NCBI GenBank assembly: GCA_020060765.1
Contig: JAGUZQ010000032.1
Coordinates: forward strand, 5,750 to 69,749
DNA: 64,000 nucleotides
Reading direction: 5' to 3'
Origin: Planctomycetota bacterium
GTDB lineage: Bacteria > Planctomycetota > SZUA-567
Each line of letters begins with the position of its first letter. Positions within the stretch are counted from its first letter, which is position 1. The notes below the pieces were generated by a model. The model searched no databases and was not told the origin of the DNA. It saw only the letters and a program-made list of their open reading frames with translations. Of this stretch, positions 31,559-40,184 are shown piece by piece. A program made the position numbers and the translations under genes.

Positions 31559-32742
31559 CGCGGATCGGCTCCTTCAAAGAATCCCTGTTTCCAGAGATAT
31601 CCCATCTGGTCGCTTTCCGCCATGTAGTTGGCTATTTGCGCATTGTCCTGCGCCCGTTTTATTACGGTATAACCGTCTTGCTTGACCAGCCAATAAACTT
31701 CTTCCAATTGCATCGCATTCAGAAAATCGGGAGAATGGGTCGAGACAAAAACCTGCCCCCCGCGATTTGCATATTCCCTGAACTCCTCCGCCAGTTCCCA
31801 TAGAAGCTTGGGATAAAGCTGGTTTTCCGGCTCTTCCACGCATAACAGCGGATGAGTAGTAGGATCGTATAGCAGCGTCAGATAGGCAAACATCTTGATC
31901 GTTCCGTCGGAAACATGTCTGGCAAGAAAAGAGTCTTTGAAAGCGCCGTCCTGAAACCTAAGCAGTATACGACCTTCGTCCGTCGTATTGGCTTCCACGC
32001 GGGAAATTCCCGGCACCCGCCGAGCCAGTTTTTCAATGATCCTGTTAAATACGTCACGGTGACGCTTGTACAGAAACTCCGTCACTAAAGCCAGATTCTC
32101 TCCTTCGCGGGATAGGTGTTCGGCATATCCCACCTCCTGCTCGGGTCGCGCTTTTTGAATATGGAAATCAGATACATGCCAGTTTTCTATCAACTCCCCC
32201 AACGCCATTACAGCCGGGAATTTCTTGAACTGCGCCAAGCCCTTAATCGCCAGTACGTCAGAGGATTTAAGCGTTTGTTCCTCCCGTTTGAGTTCTGATT
32301 CGTCCTCCACCTTATCCGGCTCGTTGGTGACCGCCGTACCCTTTCCCTTTGCAAAGTCGAGGAAGTGCCAAGGCTGTCCCTTGCTGCCCCGGCGGTATCT
32401 AAGAATTTCACGTTCAACAATAGGATTGCCATTTTCCTCGTTTATAGCCAGAAAATATGTTATAAGCGGTGAAGTGTTTTTTTCACGAAATTTAAGCTCG
32501 ATTTCGATAGAACCTTCGGCATTCCGGCTGCGTACTTCCTGGAAGCCCCGACCGCCGCCGAGTTTGGTCAGGGCAACATGGACATTTTCGGTTAAGGCGT
32601 CTTTGAGAAAACCGAAAACACTGAATAGAGTGGATTTCCCCGTACCATTCGCGCCAACCATGACACACATGCGCGGAATCTCGCGCATTTCGGCATCCTT
32701 GAACGCCTTGAAATTTTTCAGCCTGATATACTCGATATTCAT
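31555..32742 (-). CDS. ABC-type AAA ATPase (AAA_21/AAA_15-like, SMC/RecF-like head)
   Basis: ATG at 32742 after GGGAG. Walker A GANGTGKST, signature-like VSDGTIKMF, Walker B LLCVEEPENQLYP, H-loop VSTHSP. Confidence 0.85.
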   Translation of the reverse strand: MNIEYIRLKNFKAFKDAEMREIPRMCVMVGANGTGKSTLFSVFGFLKDALTENVHVALTKLGGGRGFQEVRSRNAEGSIEIELKFREKNTSPLITYFLAINEENGNPIVEREILRYRRGSKGQPWHFLDFAKGKGTAVTNEPDKVEDESELKREEQTLKSSDVLAIKGLAQFKKFPAVMALGELIENWHVSDFHIQKARPEQEVGYAEHLSREGENLALVTEFLYKRHRDVFNRIIEKLARRVPGISRVEANTTDEGRILLRFQDGAFKDSFLARHVSDGTIKMFAYLTLLYDPTTHPLLCVEEPENQLYPKLLWELAEEFREYANRGGQVFVSTHSPDFLNAMQLEEVYWLVKQDGYTVIKRAQDNAQIANYMAESDQMGYLWKQGFFEGADPR

Positions 32743-32816
32743 TGCAAAACTCCCGGACGTCAACCCTTGTCGTCAAGCGAAACCGTGAAGAGCGTATTTT
32801 TTCTGTTCCGTGAGCT

Positions 32817-32845
32817 ATTGTAGACCTAACCGTTTTCGATTGCAA
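32817..32845 (-). promoter_or_regulatory. sigma70-like promoter of the ATPase/DUF4276 cassette
   Basis: On the minus strand: TTGCAA (32845-32840), 17-nt spacer, TACAAT (32822-32817), about 75 nt upstream of the ATG. Confidence 0.5.
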
Positions 32846-32898
32846 GAATAAGAGGGTTGTAAGAATGTCTATCGCCAAGGCAATCGCATTTCAGCACT

Positions 32899-32935
32899 AA
32901 AAAAAAGCCCTCTCCCCGGTGAAGAGAAGAGGGCT
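32899..32935 (-). terminator. rho-independent terminator of the SGNH hydrolase gene
   Basis: On the minus strand: AGCCCTCT-loop-AGAGGGCT followed by T8. Confidence 0.6.
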
Positions 32936-32954
32936 TGTAATTCCATCGGTTTGA

Positions 32955-33599
32955 TTATTTGCTCAAAGCAGCATAAATGGCTTCGGCGATGGCGAGGTGA
33001 CCGGTGGGATTGGGGTGCACCGGCTCAGGGCAGAAGGTATCGGCATCGTGGTATTTCAACAGATTCTGGAAAAGCTCGTGCGTCTTCACGCGCCGCGCCT
33101 GGTATTTGCGGCTCATCTTTTCCACCGTCTTGATATATTTCGGCAGGACGTGCAGCACCTCATGGCGGAATGAGGTTTTCGCCTGTTCGTTGCTGATGTA
33201 GAACGGGTCGATCAACAGCAGGTTGCACTTGGGCAGGTTCTTTTTCACGCGGCCGAGAATCTCGTCGTAGGTTTCCTCAAACAGTTGCGGCGAGACGCTG
33301 TTTTCGTTGTTGCGCAGAAAGCAATGCAGGTCGTTAATGCCGATCTTGACTGACAGCCAACTGGGCTTGTGGCGCAGGACATCGTCAGTCCAGCGGTTCT
33401 GCAGATCGACCACGCGGTGACCGCCAATGCCCTTGTTGATGATGTTGACCTTTTTCTGCGGTTCGCGGATCGTCAGCATCTGGTGGAAGAAATTCACGTA
33501 GCCGGTGCCCAGCGGCTTGCCGTCGCCCCGCCGCCCGCAGTCGGTAATGCTGTCGCCGATAAACAACAGGGTCTGCCCGTTCGCAAGTTTCGTAGCCAT
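32955..33599 (-). CDS. SGNH/GDSL-family hydrolase
   Basis: Block I FIGDSITD, block III GINDL, and a C-terminal H block (VHPNPTGH). Confidence 0.85.
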   Translation of the reverse strand: MATKLANGQTLLFIGDSITDCGRRGDGKPLGTGYVNFFHQMLTIREPQKKVNIINKGIGGHRVVDLQNRWTDDVLRHKPSWLSVKIGINDLHCFLRNNENSVSPQLFEETYDEILGRVKKNLPKCNLLLIDPFYISNEQAKTSFRHEVLHVLPKYIKTVEKMSRKYQARRVKTHELFQNLLKYHDADTFCPEPVHPNPTGHLAIAEAIYAALSK

Positions 33600-33655
33600 G
33601 ACAAAAAATCCTTTTCTTAAAAAAACAACCGGCCTTTATCAAAAAGCCGTGATTT

Positions 33656-34711
33656 TCATGGAAGAATCAACATTGCATCGCCGTAGGAATAGAAACGGTA
33701 TTTTTCCGTGACCGCTTCTTTATAGGCTTCGACAATCCTCTCCCTTCCCGCCAGCGCCGACACCAGCGCCAGCAGGCTGGAACGCGGCAAGTGGAAATTA
33801 GTCAACAAGCCGTCTATCGCCCTGAAACGATAACCCGGAGTAATAAAGCAATCCGTCCAGCCCCGACCAGAATGAACATAACCTGTCTCGTCAGTCACGC
33901 TTTCCAGTGCACGGGTGGAGGTAGTGCCGACGGTTATCACACGTCGGCCTTCCTGTTTGGCGGCGTTGACTGCGGCGGCGGTTTCTTCCGGCACGATATA
34001 ATATTCTTCGTCCATCCGGTGTTCGCTGAGGCGTTCGGTCTTGATCGGTCGGAACGTGCCTGGCCCCACGTGCAGGGTAAGATAAGCGCAAGCGACGCCG
34101 CGCGCGGCGAGAGCGGCGTCGATCTTCGGAGTAAAATGCAGACCCGCCGTCGGCGCTGCTACCGCTCCGTTTTCGCTGGCGTAAATGGTCTGGTAGCGGT
34201 CGCGGTCGGAAGTATCTGGCTTGTCCTCACCGCGCGAGATATACGGCGGCAGCGGCACCTCGCCCAGGCTTTCCAACTGTTCCATAAATCCGCCCGCGTC
34301 CATTGTACCAAACGAAACCGTGACCTTTCCCTCCCCCAAACGCTCCTCCACCGTGGCGACGAGTCGGCCTTCTCCGAAAAAAATCTGCTTGCCCGGTTTA
34401 AGATGACTGGTCGGTCGCGCCAGGCACAGCCAGCGCTCGTCGCCCTCGAGGCGATGAATCAATAAAAGTTCCGTCTTGCCGCCGCCCGGTCTTTTCCCCC
34501 GCAGGCGCGCGGGAATAACACGTGTATTGTTGCGCACCAGCAGATCACCGGGGCAAAGAATTTCGGGGAGTTCGCGGAAAGAACGATGCGCCGATTTTCC
34601 GTCGCCCGCCAACAGCAGCAGGCGGGACTCGTCTCGCTTCCCGGCGGGACGCTGGGCGATAAGTTCCGGCGGCAAATCATAATCGTAAAGGGAAAGGAGG
34701 TCGTCAGACAT
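33656..34711 (-). CDS. queA: S-adenosylmethionine:tRNA ribosyltransferase-isomerase
   Basis: YDYDLPPELIAQRPA, TAGLHFT, VGTTSTRALES. Confidence 0.92.
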   Translation of the reverse strand: MSDDLLSLYDYDLPPELIAQRPAGKRDESRLLLLAGDGKSAHRSFRELPEILCPGDLLVRNNTRVIPARLRGKRPGGGKTELLLIHRLEGDERWLCLARPTSHLKPGKQIFFGEGRLVATVEERLGEGKVTVSFGTMDAGGFMEQLESLGEVPLPPYISRGEDKPDTSDRDRYQTIYASENGAVAAPTAGLHFTPKIDAALAARGVACAYLTLHVGPGTFRPIKTERLSEHRMDEEYYIVPEETAAAVNAAKQEGRRVITVGTTSTRALESVTDETGYVHSGRGWTDCFITPGYRFRAIDGLLTNFHLPRSSLLALVSALAGRERIVEAYKEAVTEKYRFYSYGDAMLILP

Positions 34712-34776
34712 GAAGGTTTTCCGGAAAATCCCGGCGTAGTTTTTAGCGGAAAATTTTCACTCTTGCGAAAAACAAT

Positions 34777-34813
34777 CCCCCCTCTCCCCTGGGGAGAGGG
34801 TCGGGGTGAGGGG
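34777..34813. repeat. CTCCCC/GGGGAG hairpin repeat unit (translates as PLPWGEGRGEG)
   Basis: CCTCTCCCC-t-GGGGAGAGG followed by TCGGGGTGAGGGG. Related copies lie at 46006-46082. Confidence 0.7.
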
Positions 34814-34820
34814 ATTTCCA

Positions 34821-34912
34821 CCGGTCGTCATTCCCGCGAAGGCGGGAATCCAGGGGAGAAACCGTACGCAACGCCTCCTGGATTCCCGCCTTCGCGGGAA
34901 TGACGGTACCGG
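34821..34912. repeat. perfect 28-bp inverted repeat (large palindromic element)
   Basis: GTCATTCCCGCGAAGGCGGGAATCCAGG (34827-34854) and its exact reverse complement (34877-34904). Each arm holds an inner TTCCCGC/GCGGGAA hairpin. A T6 run follows on the + strand. Confidence 0.85.
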
Positions 34913-34933
34913 TTTTTTCCTTACAAATTTTCC

Positions 34934-35542
34934 TCAGATCCGAGGTTCGTCGGTTTCTTCCTCCGTGACCGGATAGACCGGTCCGGAAAATTCGTCGGAT
35001 TGGCGGGACACACCGGAAGCGGCCAGGGTACCGTCGATCAGGTCGGTGACATTGGCGCGGATTTCGATACCGACTCCGCTGGGAATCAGTTTCAGGAATT
35101 TTTCCCGCGCCAATTTCTTCAACTCGTCGGCGCGCTTCATTACGTCATCCTGCTTTTTCAGATCGAAGGAAAGGGAGCAGACTATCTGCGCGCCGTCCTC
35201 CCGCGAGACCAGGCTGACTTTCGGCGCAGATACATCTCCGGCGCGGTTGAGCACATCCAGCAGTTGCAGTTCCAGCGCGTGAATGCTGATAGCGTTGACG
35301 CCCTGTTCGGTGGTGACTTCCAGCAGGCGCTGTGATTCGCTTTCGGCGTAGTCGCGATAGGCTTCCATGAAATTGCCCACCACCAGTGCCGCGCCCAGCA
35401 GCAGCAGAATCCACCCCATGAACCCGGCCAGCTTTTCAGCCTGAAAAGTGAGCAGAGCCTCGCTCCAGATTTTCAGCGCTACCAGGTAAGAGCCGAACAC
35501 AATGGCGGCGAAAATGTTGGCGGTATCGATAATTTTGCGCAT
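34934..35542 (-). CDS. membrane protein, possibly AmaP-like (alkaline-shock membrane anchor)
   Basis: Two N-terminal TM helices followed by a soluble domain. The functional call is weak. Confidence 0.6.
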   Translation of the reverse strand: MRKIIDTANIFAAIVFGSYLVALKIWSEALLTFQAEKLAGFMGWILLLLGAALVVGNFMEAYRDYAESESQRLLEVTTEQGVNAISIHALELQLLDVLNRAGDVSAPKVSLVSREDGAQIVCSLSFDLKKQDDVMKRADELKKLAREKFLKLIPSGVGIEIRANVTDLIDGTLAASGVSRQSDEFSGPVYPVTEEETDEPRI

Positions 35543-35582
35543 TTGTCTTCCCCCATTGAAAACGCGATCCGGATTTTATATT

Positions 35583-36938
35583 TTACAGGAAATTCTGGTC
35601 TATAAAATTTATATCGTAATTGTTATTCACGAAATTCACGTTACGAAGCAACTTTATGTGGAACGGGATGGTGGTCTTGATCCCGTCCACCACCATCTCC
35701 GACAAGGCGCGGTCGGCGCGGGCAATGGCTTCCGCCCGATCCTTGCCGCGCACGATCACCTTGCCGATCATGGAATCGTAGTTCGGCGGAATGCGGTAGC
35801 CGGAATAGATGAACGAGTCTACCCGCACGTTATCGTGCCGCGGCGCCACGTACAGTTTGACCACTCCCGGAAACGGAGAAAAATTCCTGTCCGGATCCTC
35901 GGCGTTGATGCGGCATTCGATGGCGTGGCCCTCGAAGCGGATGTCTTTCTGGCGGAAGCGGAGCTTTTCGCCGGAAGCCACCCGGATCTGCTCCTCGATC
36001 AGATCCAGCTCCTCATTCTTGCCCACCCGCACCACCTCTTCCGTCACCGGATGTTCGACCTGGATACGGGTGTTCATTTCCATGAAATAGAACTGCCCCT
36101 TCTCGAACAGGAACTCGATGGTGCCGGCGTTGGTATAGCCGCAAGCCTGGCACAGCTTGATCGCCGCTTCGCCCATCGCGCGCCGGGTGTATTTGTCAAG
36201 CACGGGGCTGGGCGATTCCTCCAGCAGTTTCTGGTGGCGGCGCTGGATAGAGCAATCGCGTTCGCCCAGGTGGACAATGTTGCCGTGCTCGTCGCACAGC
36301 ACCTGGATTTCGATGTGGCGCGGATTCTGCAGAAATTTTTCCAGATAGACTGCACCATCACCAAACGCGGCCTCGGCCTCGCTGCGAGCCTGCACCATGC
36401 CGCTGCGAAGCGACGCGTCGTTGTGCGCTATTCTGATACCGCGTCCGCCGCCGCCCGCCGTTGCCTTGATGATGACGGGGTAGCCGATCTCGTGCGCCAG
36501 GCGCTGCGCTTCTTCTTCGTCCGGCACAATGCCGTCACTGCCGGGCAAAACCGGCACTCCGGTGGTTTTTGCCAACGCGCGCGCGCCTGCCTTGTCGGCC
36601 ATTTTCGCCATCGCGTTGCTGGTGGGGCCGATGAAGTCTATGTCAAGCGACCGGCAGACGTCGGCGAAATGCCCGTTCTCCGCGAGGAAACCGTAGCCGG
36701 GATGGATCGCCTCTACGTCCGCGATTTCCGCGGCGGAGATGATGCTGGGGATGTGCAGATAACTGCGCGAGCTTTCCGGCGGGCCGATGCAGATAGCCAC
36801 GTCCGCCATGCGCGCGTGCAGCGACTCGCGGTCGGCTTCGGAAAAGACGGCAACGCTTTCGATGCCCAGCTTCTTGCAGGTGCGGATGATGCGGCAGGCG
36901 ATTTCACCGCGGTTGGCTATCAGGATTCTTGAATACAT
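35583..36938 (-). CDS. accC: acetyl-CoA carboxylase biotin carboxylase subunit
   Basis: [19 protein letters not shown]-grasp motifs, [14 protein letters not shown]. Confidence 0.93.
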   Translation of the reverse strand: MYSRILIANRGEIACRIIRTCKKLGIESVAVFSEADRESLHARMADVAICIGPPESSRSYLHIPSIISAAEIADVEAIHPGYGFLAENGHFADVCRSLDIDFIGPTSNAMAKMADKAGARALAKTTGVPVLPGSDGIVPDEEEAQRLAHEIGYPVIIKATAGGGGRGIRIAHNDASLRSGMVQARSEAEAAFGDGAVYLEKFLQNPRHIEIQVLCDEHGNIVHLGERDCSIQRRHQKLLEESPSPVLDKYTRRAMGEAAIKLCQACGYTNAGTIEFLFEKGQFYFMEMNTRIQVEHPVTEEVVRVGKNEELDLIEEQIRVASGEKLRFRQKDIRFEGHAIECRINAEDPDRNFSPFPGVVKLYVAPRHDNVRVDSFIYSGYRIPPNYDSMIGKVIVRGKDRAEAIARADRALSEMVVDGIKTTIPFHIKLLRNVNFVNNNYDINFIDQNFL

Positions 36939-36995
36939 GCTTTATTTATCCGGTTCCTATGTGTCAAGATTTTCGGTCAGGCAACTACTCAGGGA

Positions 36996-37421
36996 CTAGG
37001 GTTTCACCATAAACAGCGGCTGGCCGTATTCCACCGGTTCGCCGTTTTCGACCAGGATTTCGGTCACCGTGCCGGAAATCTCGGCCTTGATTTCATTCAT
37101 GATTTTCATCGCTTCAATAATGCACACTACCGTGTCCTTGGTTACCTTGTCGCCGACGCTGATAAACGGGGCGGCATCGGGCGAAGGAGCGTGGTAGAAG
37201 GTGCCAACGATCGGGCTTTTCACCGGCACCAGCGACATATCCGCCACCTTCATCACCGGCGCGGGCGCAGCGACAGGAGCGGCGGCTATCGGGGCGGCCA
37301 TCGCCATCGGCGCGACGTTCTTTTTCAGCTTCACCTTGAAGTCGCCTTCGCACAGTTCCAGCTCCGCCAGCTCGTTTTCCTTCATCAGCGCCAGCAAATC
37401 CTTGATTTTTTCCACGCTCAT
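36996..37421 (-). CDS. accB: biotin carboxyl carrier protein
   Basis: Biotinylation motif EAMKIMNEI and an Ala/Pro linker. Confidence 0.9.
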   Translation of the reverse strand: MSVEKIKDLLALMKENELAELELCEGDFKVKLKKNVAPMAMAAPIAAAPVAAPAPVMKVADMSLVPVKSPIVGTFYHAPSPDAAPFISVGDKVTKDTVVCIIEAMKIMNEIKAEISGTVTEILVENGEPVEYGQPLFMVKP

Positions 37422-37456
37422 CGCAGTCCCCTCTAAACGATTTTATACTTTCGCAA

Positions 37457-38548
37457 TCAGATTACCGCCGAAGCCAGGTTTTTGGGCAACTGGCTCAGTA
37501 TTTTCGCGCCTGTTTCCGTCACCAGAGCCATGTCCTCGATGCGGATGCCGCCCTTGCCGGGAAAATACAGTCCCGGTTCGACTGTCACCACCATTCCCGG
37601 CTGAAGCGGTTCGACGCTTTTTTTTGACAACCGGGGCGACTCGTGCACCTCCAGCCCCACGCCGTGACCCAGCGAATGGCCGAACAATTTCTCGCACTTC
37701 TCCGCCGCGAAAACTTCCCGCGCCGCGTCGTCAGCCTCTTTTCCCGGCCGCCCGGACGCAATTTTCGCAATCCCCGCCGCCTGCGCGGCCAGAACCAGCT
37801 CGTACGGGCTTTGCCAGAACTTCGGGATGCTATCAAGAAACAGTACTCTGGTCAAGTCAGAATTATACCGCCCCAGCCGCGCGCCGAAATCCACCAGCAG
37901 CAGCCCGCCTTTTTTCAGCTTGCGTTTGTCGGCATGAGCATGGGGGCGGCTGGCATTGGCGTCTACTGCCACGATCAGTTCAAACGCCACTCCCTCGGCA
38001 CCGCGCTGGCGCATTTCCCACTCCAAAGCCAGCGCCAGTTCCGCTTCGGTCATTCCTGCTTTAATTTTTTTCCTGAAAGCAAGAAAAGATTCCTCCGCGC
38101 AACACAAGGCCGCGAGAATGCGCTTGATTTCCCACTGGCTCTTGACTGCGCGCAGTTTTTCCGTCATGCCATCGGCGACGACCGGTTTGACGCCGCGCGC
38201 GCCTTTGCGCAAACCCGCGAGAGTAGCCACGCTGAGCGCGGTCGAATAGCCCAGGGTTTTCGCCTGGTTTTTTTTTGCCAGCTCGCCTGCGAAAACCGGC
38301 GGCGCGCCTTTGCATAATAAAGTTTCAAACAGCGGCGCGGAATGCTCCGCTTCTTCCCGGTAGCGGAAATCGGTCAGCAGCCATTGCTTTTTCACCGTCA
38401 GCAGCAATGCTGATTCCGAGCCGGTGAAACCGGAAAAATAAAACACGTCCTCGGTTTTATTCAGGTACAACGCCGACATTTTCTGCCGACGCATTTCGGC
38501 GCGCAGCTTTTCCAGCCGCAACCGGATTTCACTTTCGGGAGTTTTCAA
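37457..38548 (-). CDS. pepP: M24-family Xaa-Pro aminopeptidase
   Basis: [25 protein letters not shown] metal-ligand blocks. Confidence 0.85.
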   Translation of the reverse strand: MKTPESEIRLRLEKLRAEMRRQKMSALYLNKTEDVFYFSGFTGSESALLLTVKKQWLLTDFRYREEAEHSAPLFETLLCKGAPPVFAGELAKKNQAKTLGYSTALSVATLAGLRKGARGVKPVVADGMTEKLRAVKSQWEIKRILAALCCAEESFLAFRKKIKAGMTEAELALALEWEMRQRGAEGVAFELIVAVDANASRPHAHADKRKLKKGGLLLVDFGARLGRYNSDLTRVLFLDSIPKFWQSPYELVLAAQAAGIAKIASGRPGKEADDAAREVFAAEKCEKLFGHSLGHGVGLEVHESPRLSKKSVEPLQPGMVVTVEPGLYFPGKGGIRIEDMALVTETGAKILSQLPKNLASAVI

Positions 38549-40176
38549 GGCCTCGCCTCCAGGAAGAACGTGTCGTAATATTTTGACGGCTGATAGGGTT
38601 TTACGTCAGGTCGCTTACCAGTCAGTTTTTCAATCACGTCGGCGGTCAGGCTGGCCTGTTCGGGACTGTCTATCACCGCCAGCATTTCCTTCAGGACGCC
38701 GACACACGCTTCGTGTTTCTTCGCGATCAGGATATCGCGCATCATTCGCAGGTTGCCGGATTCGTCCATGGGCTTGCCCCGGGTCAGAAGCTCGGCCATC
38801 ATATCCAGCGTTTTCCCGTTGCCGATTTCGCCCAGCGCCCAGATCGCGTTTTCTCTTTCCTTGCCGGTGTAGGTGTAGAACACCTCGCCCATCTGGCTGG
38901 CGGTGGAGGTAAGGGCGTCTTCCAGCGCGGCGACGCCTGCCTCGTATTTCAGCACGCCCAGCGCCTGCGCCGAATGCACCCGCAAAGAACCGTCAGCCGC
39001 GCGCAGGCACCGCACCGCCAGTTCAGCCCCGTCCGCGTAAGTAGTGCGGTTGATGATCCACAGAACCAGCACGGTTTCCCTGACGTCGGTTTTCGCGTCC
39101 TTGACATTTTGCGCCGCGAGTTTCAGAATACCGGGGAAACCAGCCACGCTTTTCATGTCGCCCAGCAGCCACAATCCTTCGAGTCGCGTTTCGGTTTTGT
39201 CTGAAGCGATTGCGGCCAGCGCAAGTTTTTCCGCCTTTTCCCGATCCGTCAACGCCGCCAATGAAACCGAGGCAGCTCGACGCGCCAGCGCGTTTTCCTC
39301 GCCTTGCATTTCGCTCAACGTTTTTACGCTTTCCTCCTGCTCCGGATTTTTCAGCGCCAGCGCGGCAGCGATTCTTACATTGTAGTTTTCATCCTGGCAT
39401 AATTTACGCAAAGCGCCTTCGTGTTCGGCTTTTCTGAAATTAACCAACGCCTGCACCGCCGCCTGCCGCACCAGGGCGGACTTTGCAAACAGCAATCGGG
39501 AAACTGTCTCACCGAATTCTTTCGCGTCATTCTCCGGCATTTTTTCCACGCACGCCAAAGCGTTAGCAATAATCTGCGGATCAGTGGCTCCTAATCCCTC
39601 CCGCACGACGCCCGGCGTCTTTTCCGGCGAAAGACCGGCGAGGCTGGCAAGAACAGTGGCCTGCATCCCGGCGTCTTTTTCTGCTTTATACCGACCAGCC
39701 ACGGTTTTGCCCAAACCTGCGTCACCCGAATTTCCCGCCACCTGCAACGCCGCCAACCGCACGGTTTCCGCTTTATCGTCGAAAGGCAGCTTGTCAAACT
39801 GTTCGCCGATCTCTCCCAGAGCCAGGCAGGCTTCGGTTCTTACCTTTTCATTTTCATCGCGCAGCAGTTTCACTATCTTTTCCGTCGTCGACTTCGCGCG
39901 CGAACGCCCCAAGGCCCGCACCGCTGCCGCGCGCGCGTAAGGGTAATCCGACTCCGCTACTTTCTCCAATTCCTTCAGCACGTCTTCCCGCGCCACCCGC
40001 GCCGACCCCAACGCTTCCGCCGCGCGGATTTTCATCGACAGCGGCTCCTCTCGCAACACTTTCAGCATCAGGCCGACCGTAGCCGGACGCATGTGCAGCG
40101 TGTCGCTTTCGCCCGCGGACGCGAATCCGGTGAGGAAAATGTATAGTAAGATTATCGCTGCTGATTTTTTTTTCAT
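38545..40176 (-). CDS. secreted HEAT-repeat protein
   Basis: The ATG at 40176 gives leader MKKKSAAIILLYIFLTGFASA. Repeated ..R..A..ALG.. HEAT/PBS-lyase-like units. 4-nt overlap with pepP. Confidence 0.75.
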   Translation of the reverse strand: MKKKSAAIILLYIFLTGFASAGESDTLHMRPATVGLMLKVLREEPLSMKIRAAEALGSARVAREDVLKELEKVAESDYPYARAAAVRALGRSRAKSTTEKIVKLLRDENEKVRTEACLALGEIGEQFDKLPFDDKAETVRLAALQVAGNSGDAGLGKTVAGRYKAEKDAGMQATVLASLAGLSPEKTPGVVREGLGATDPQIIANALACVEKMPENDAKEFGETVSRLLFAKSALVRQAAVQALVNFRKAEHEGALRKLCQDENYNVRIAAALALKNPEQEESVKTLSEMQGEENALARRAASVSLAALTDREKAEKLALAAIASDKTETRLEGLWLLGDMKSVAGFPGILKLAAQNVKDAKTDVRETVLVLWIINRTTYADGAELAVRCLRAADGSLRVHSAQALGVLKYEAGVAALEDALTSTASQMGEVFYTYTGKERENAIWALGEIGNGKTLDMMAELLTRGKPMDESGNLRMMRDILIAKKHEACVGVLKEMLAVIDSPEQASLTADVIEKLTGKRPDVKPYQPSKYYDTFFLEARP

Positions 40177-40184
40177 GACGCCTT

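Noticed and set aside
34459-34903. Small ORFs translating PSPQGRGG / PLPWGEGRGEG / HSREGGNPG across the queA upstream region
   Set aside because: They run through palindromic repeat elements. Such translations are a known annotation artefact. I report them as repeats instead.
35502-36932. 476-aa + strand ORF
   Set aside because: It is fully antisense to accC, whose identity is unambiguous. It is a shadow ORF.
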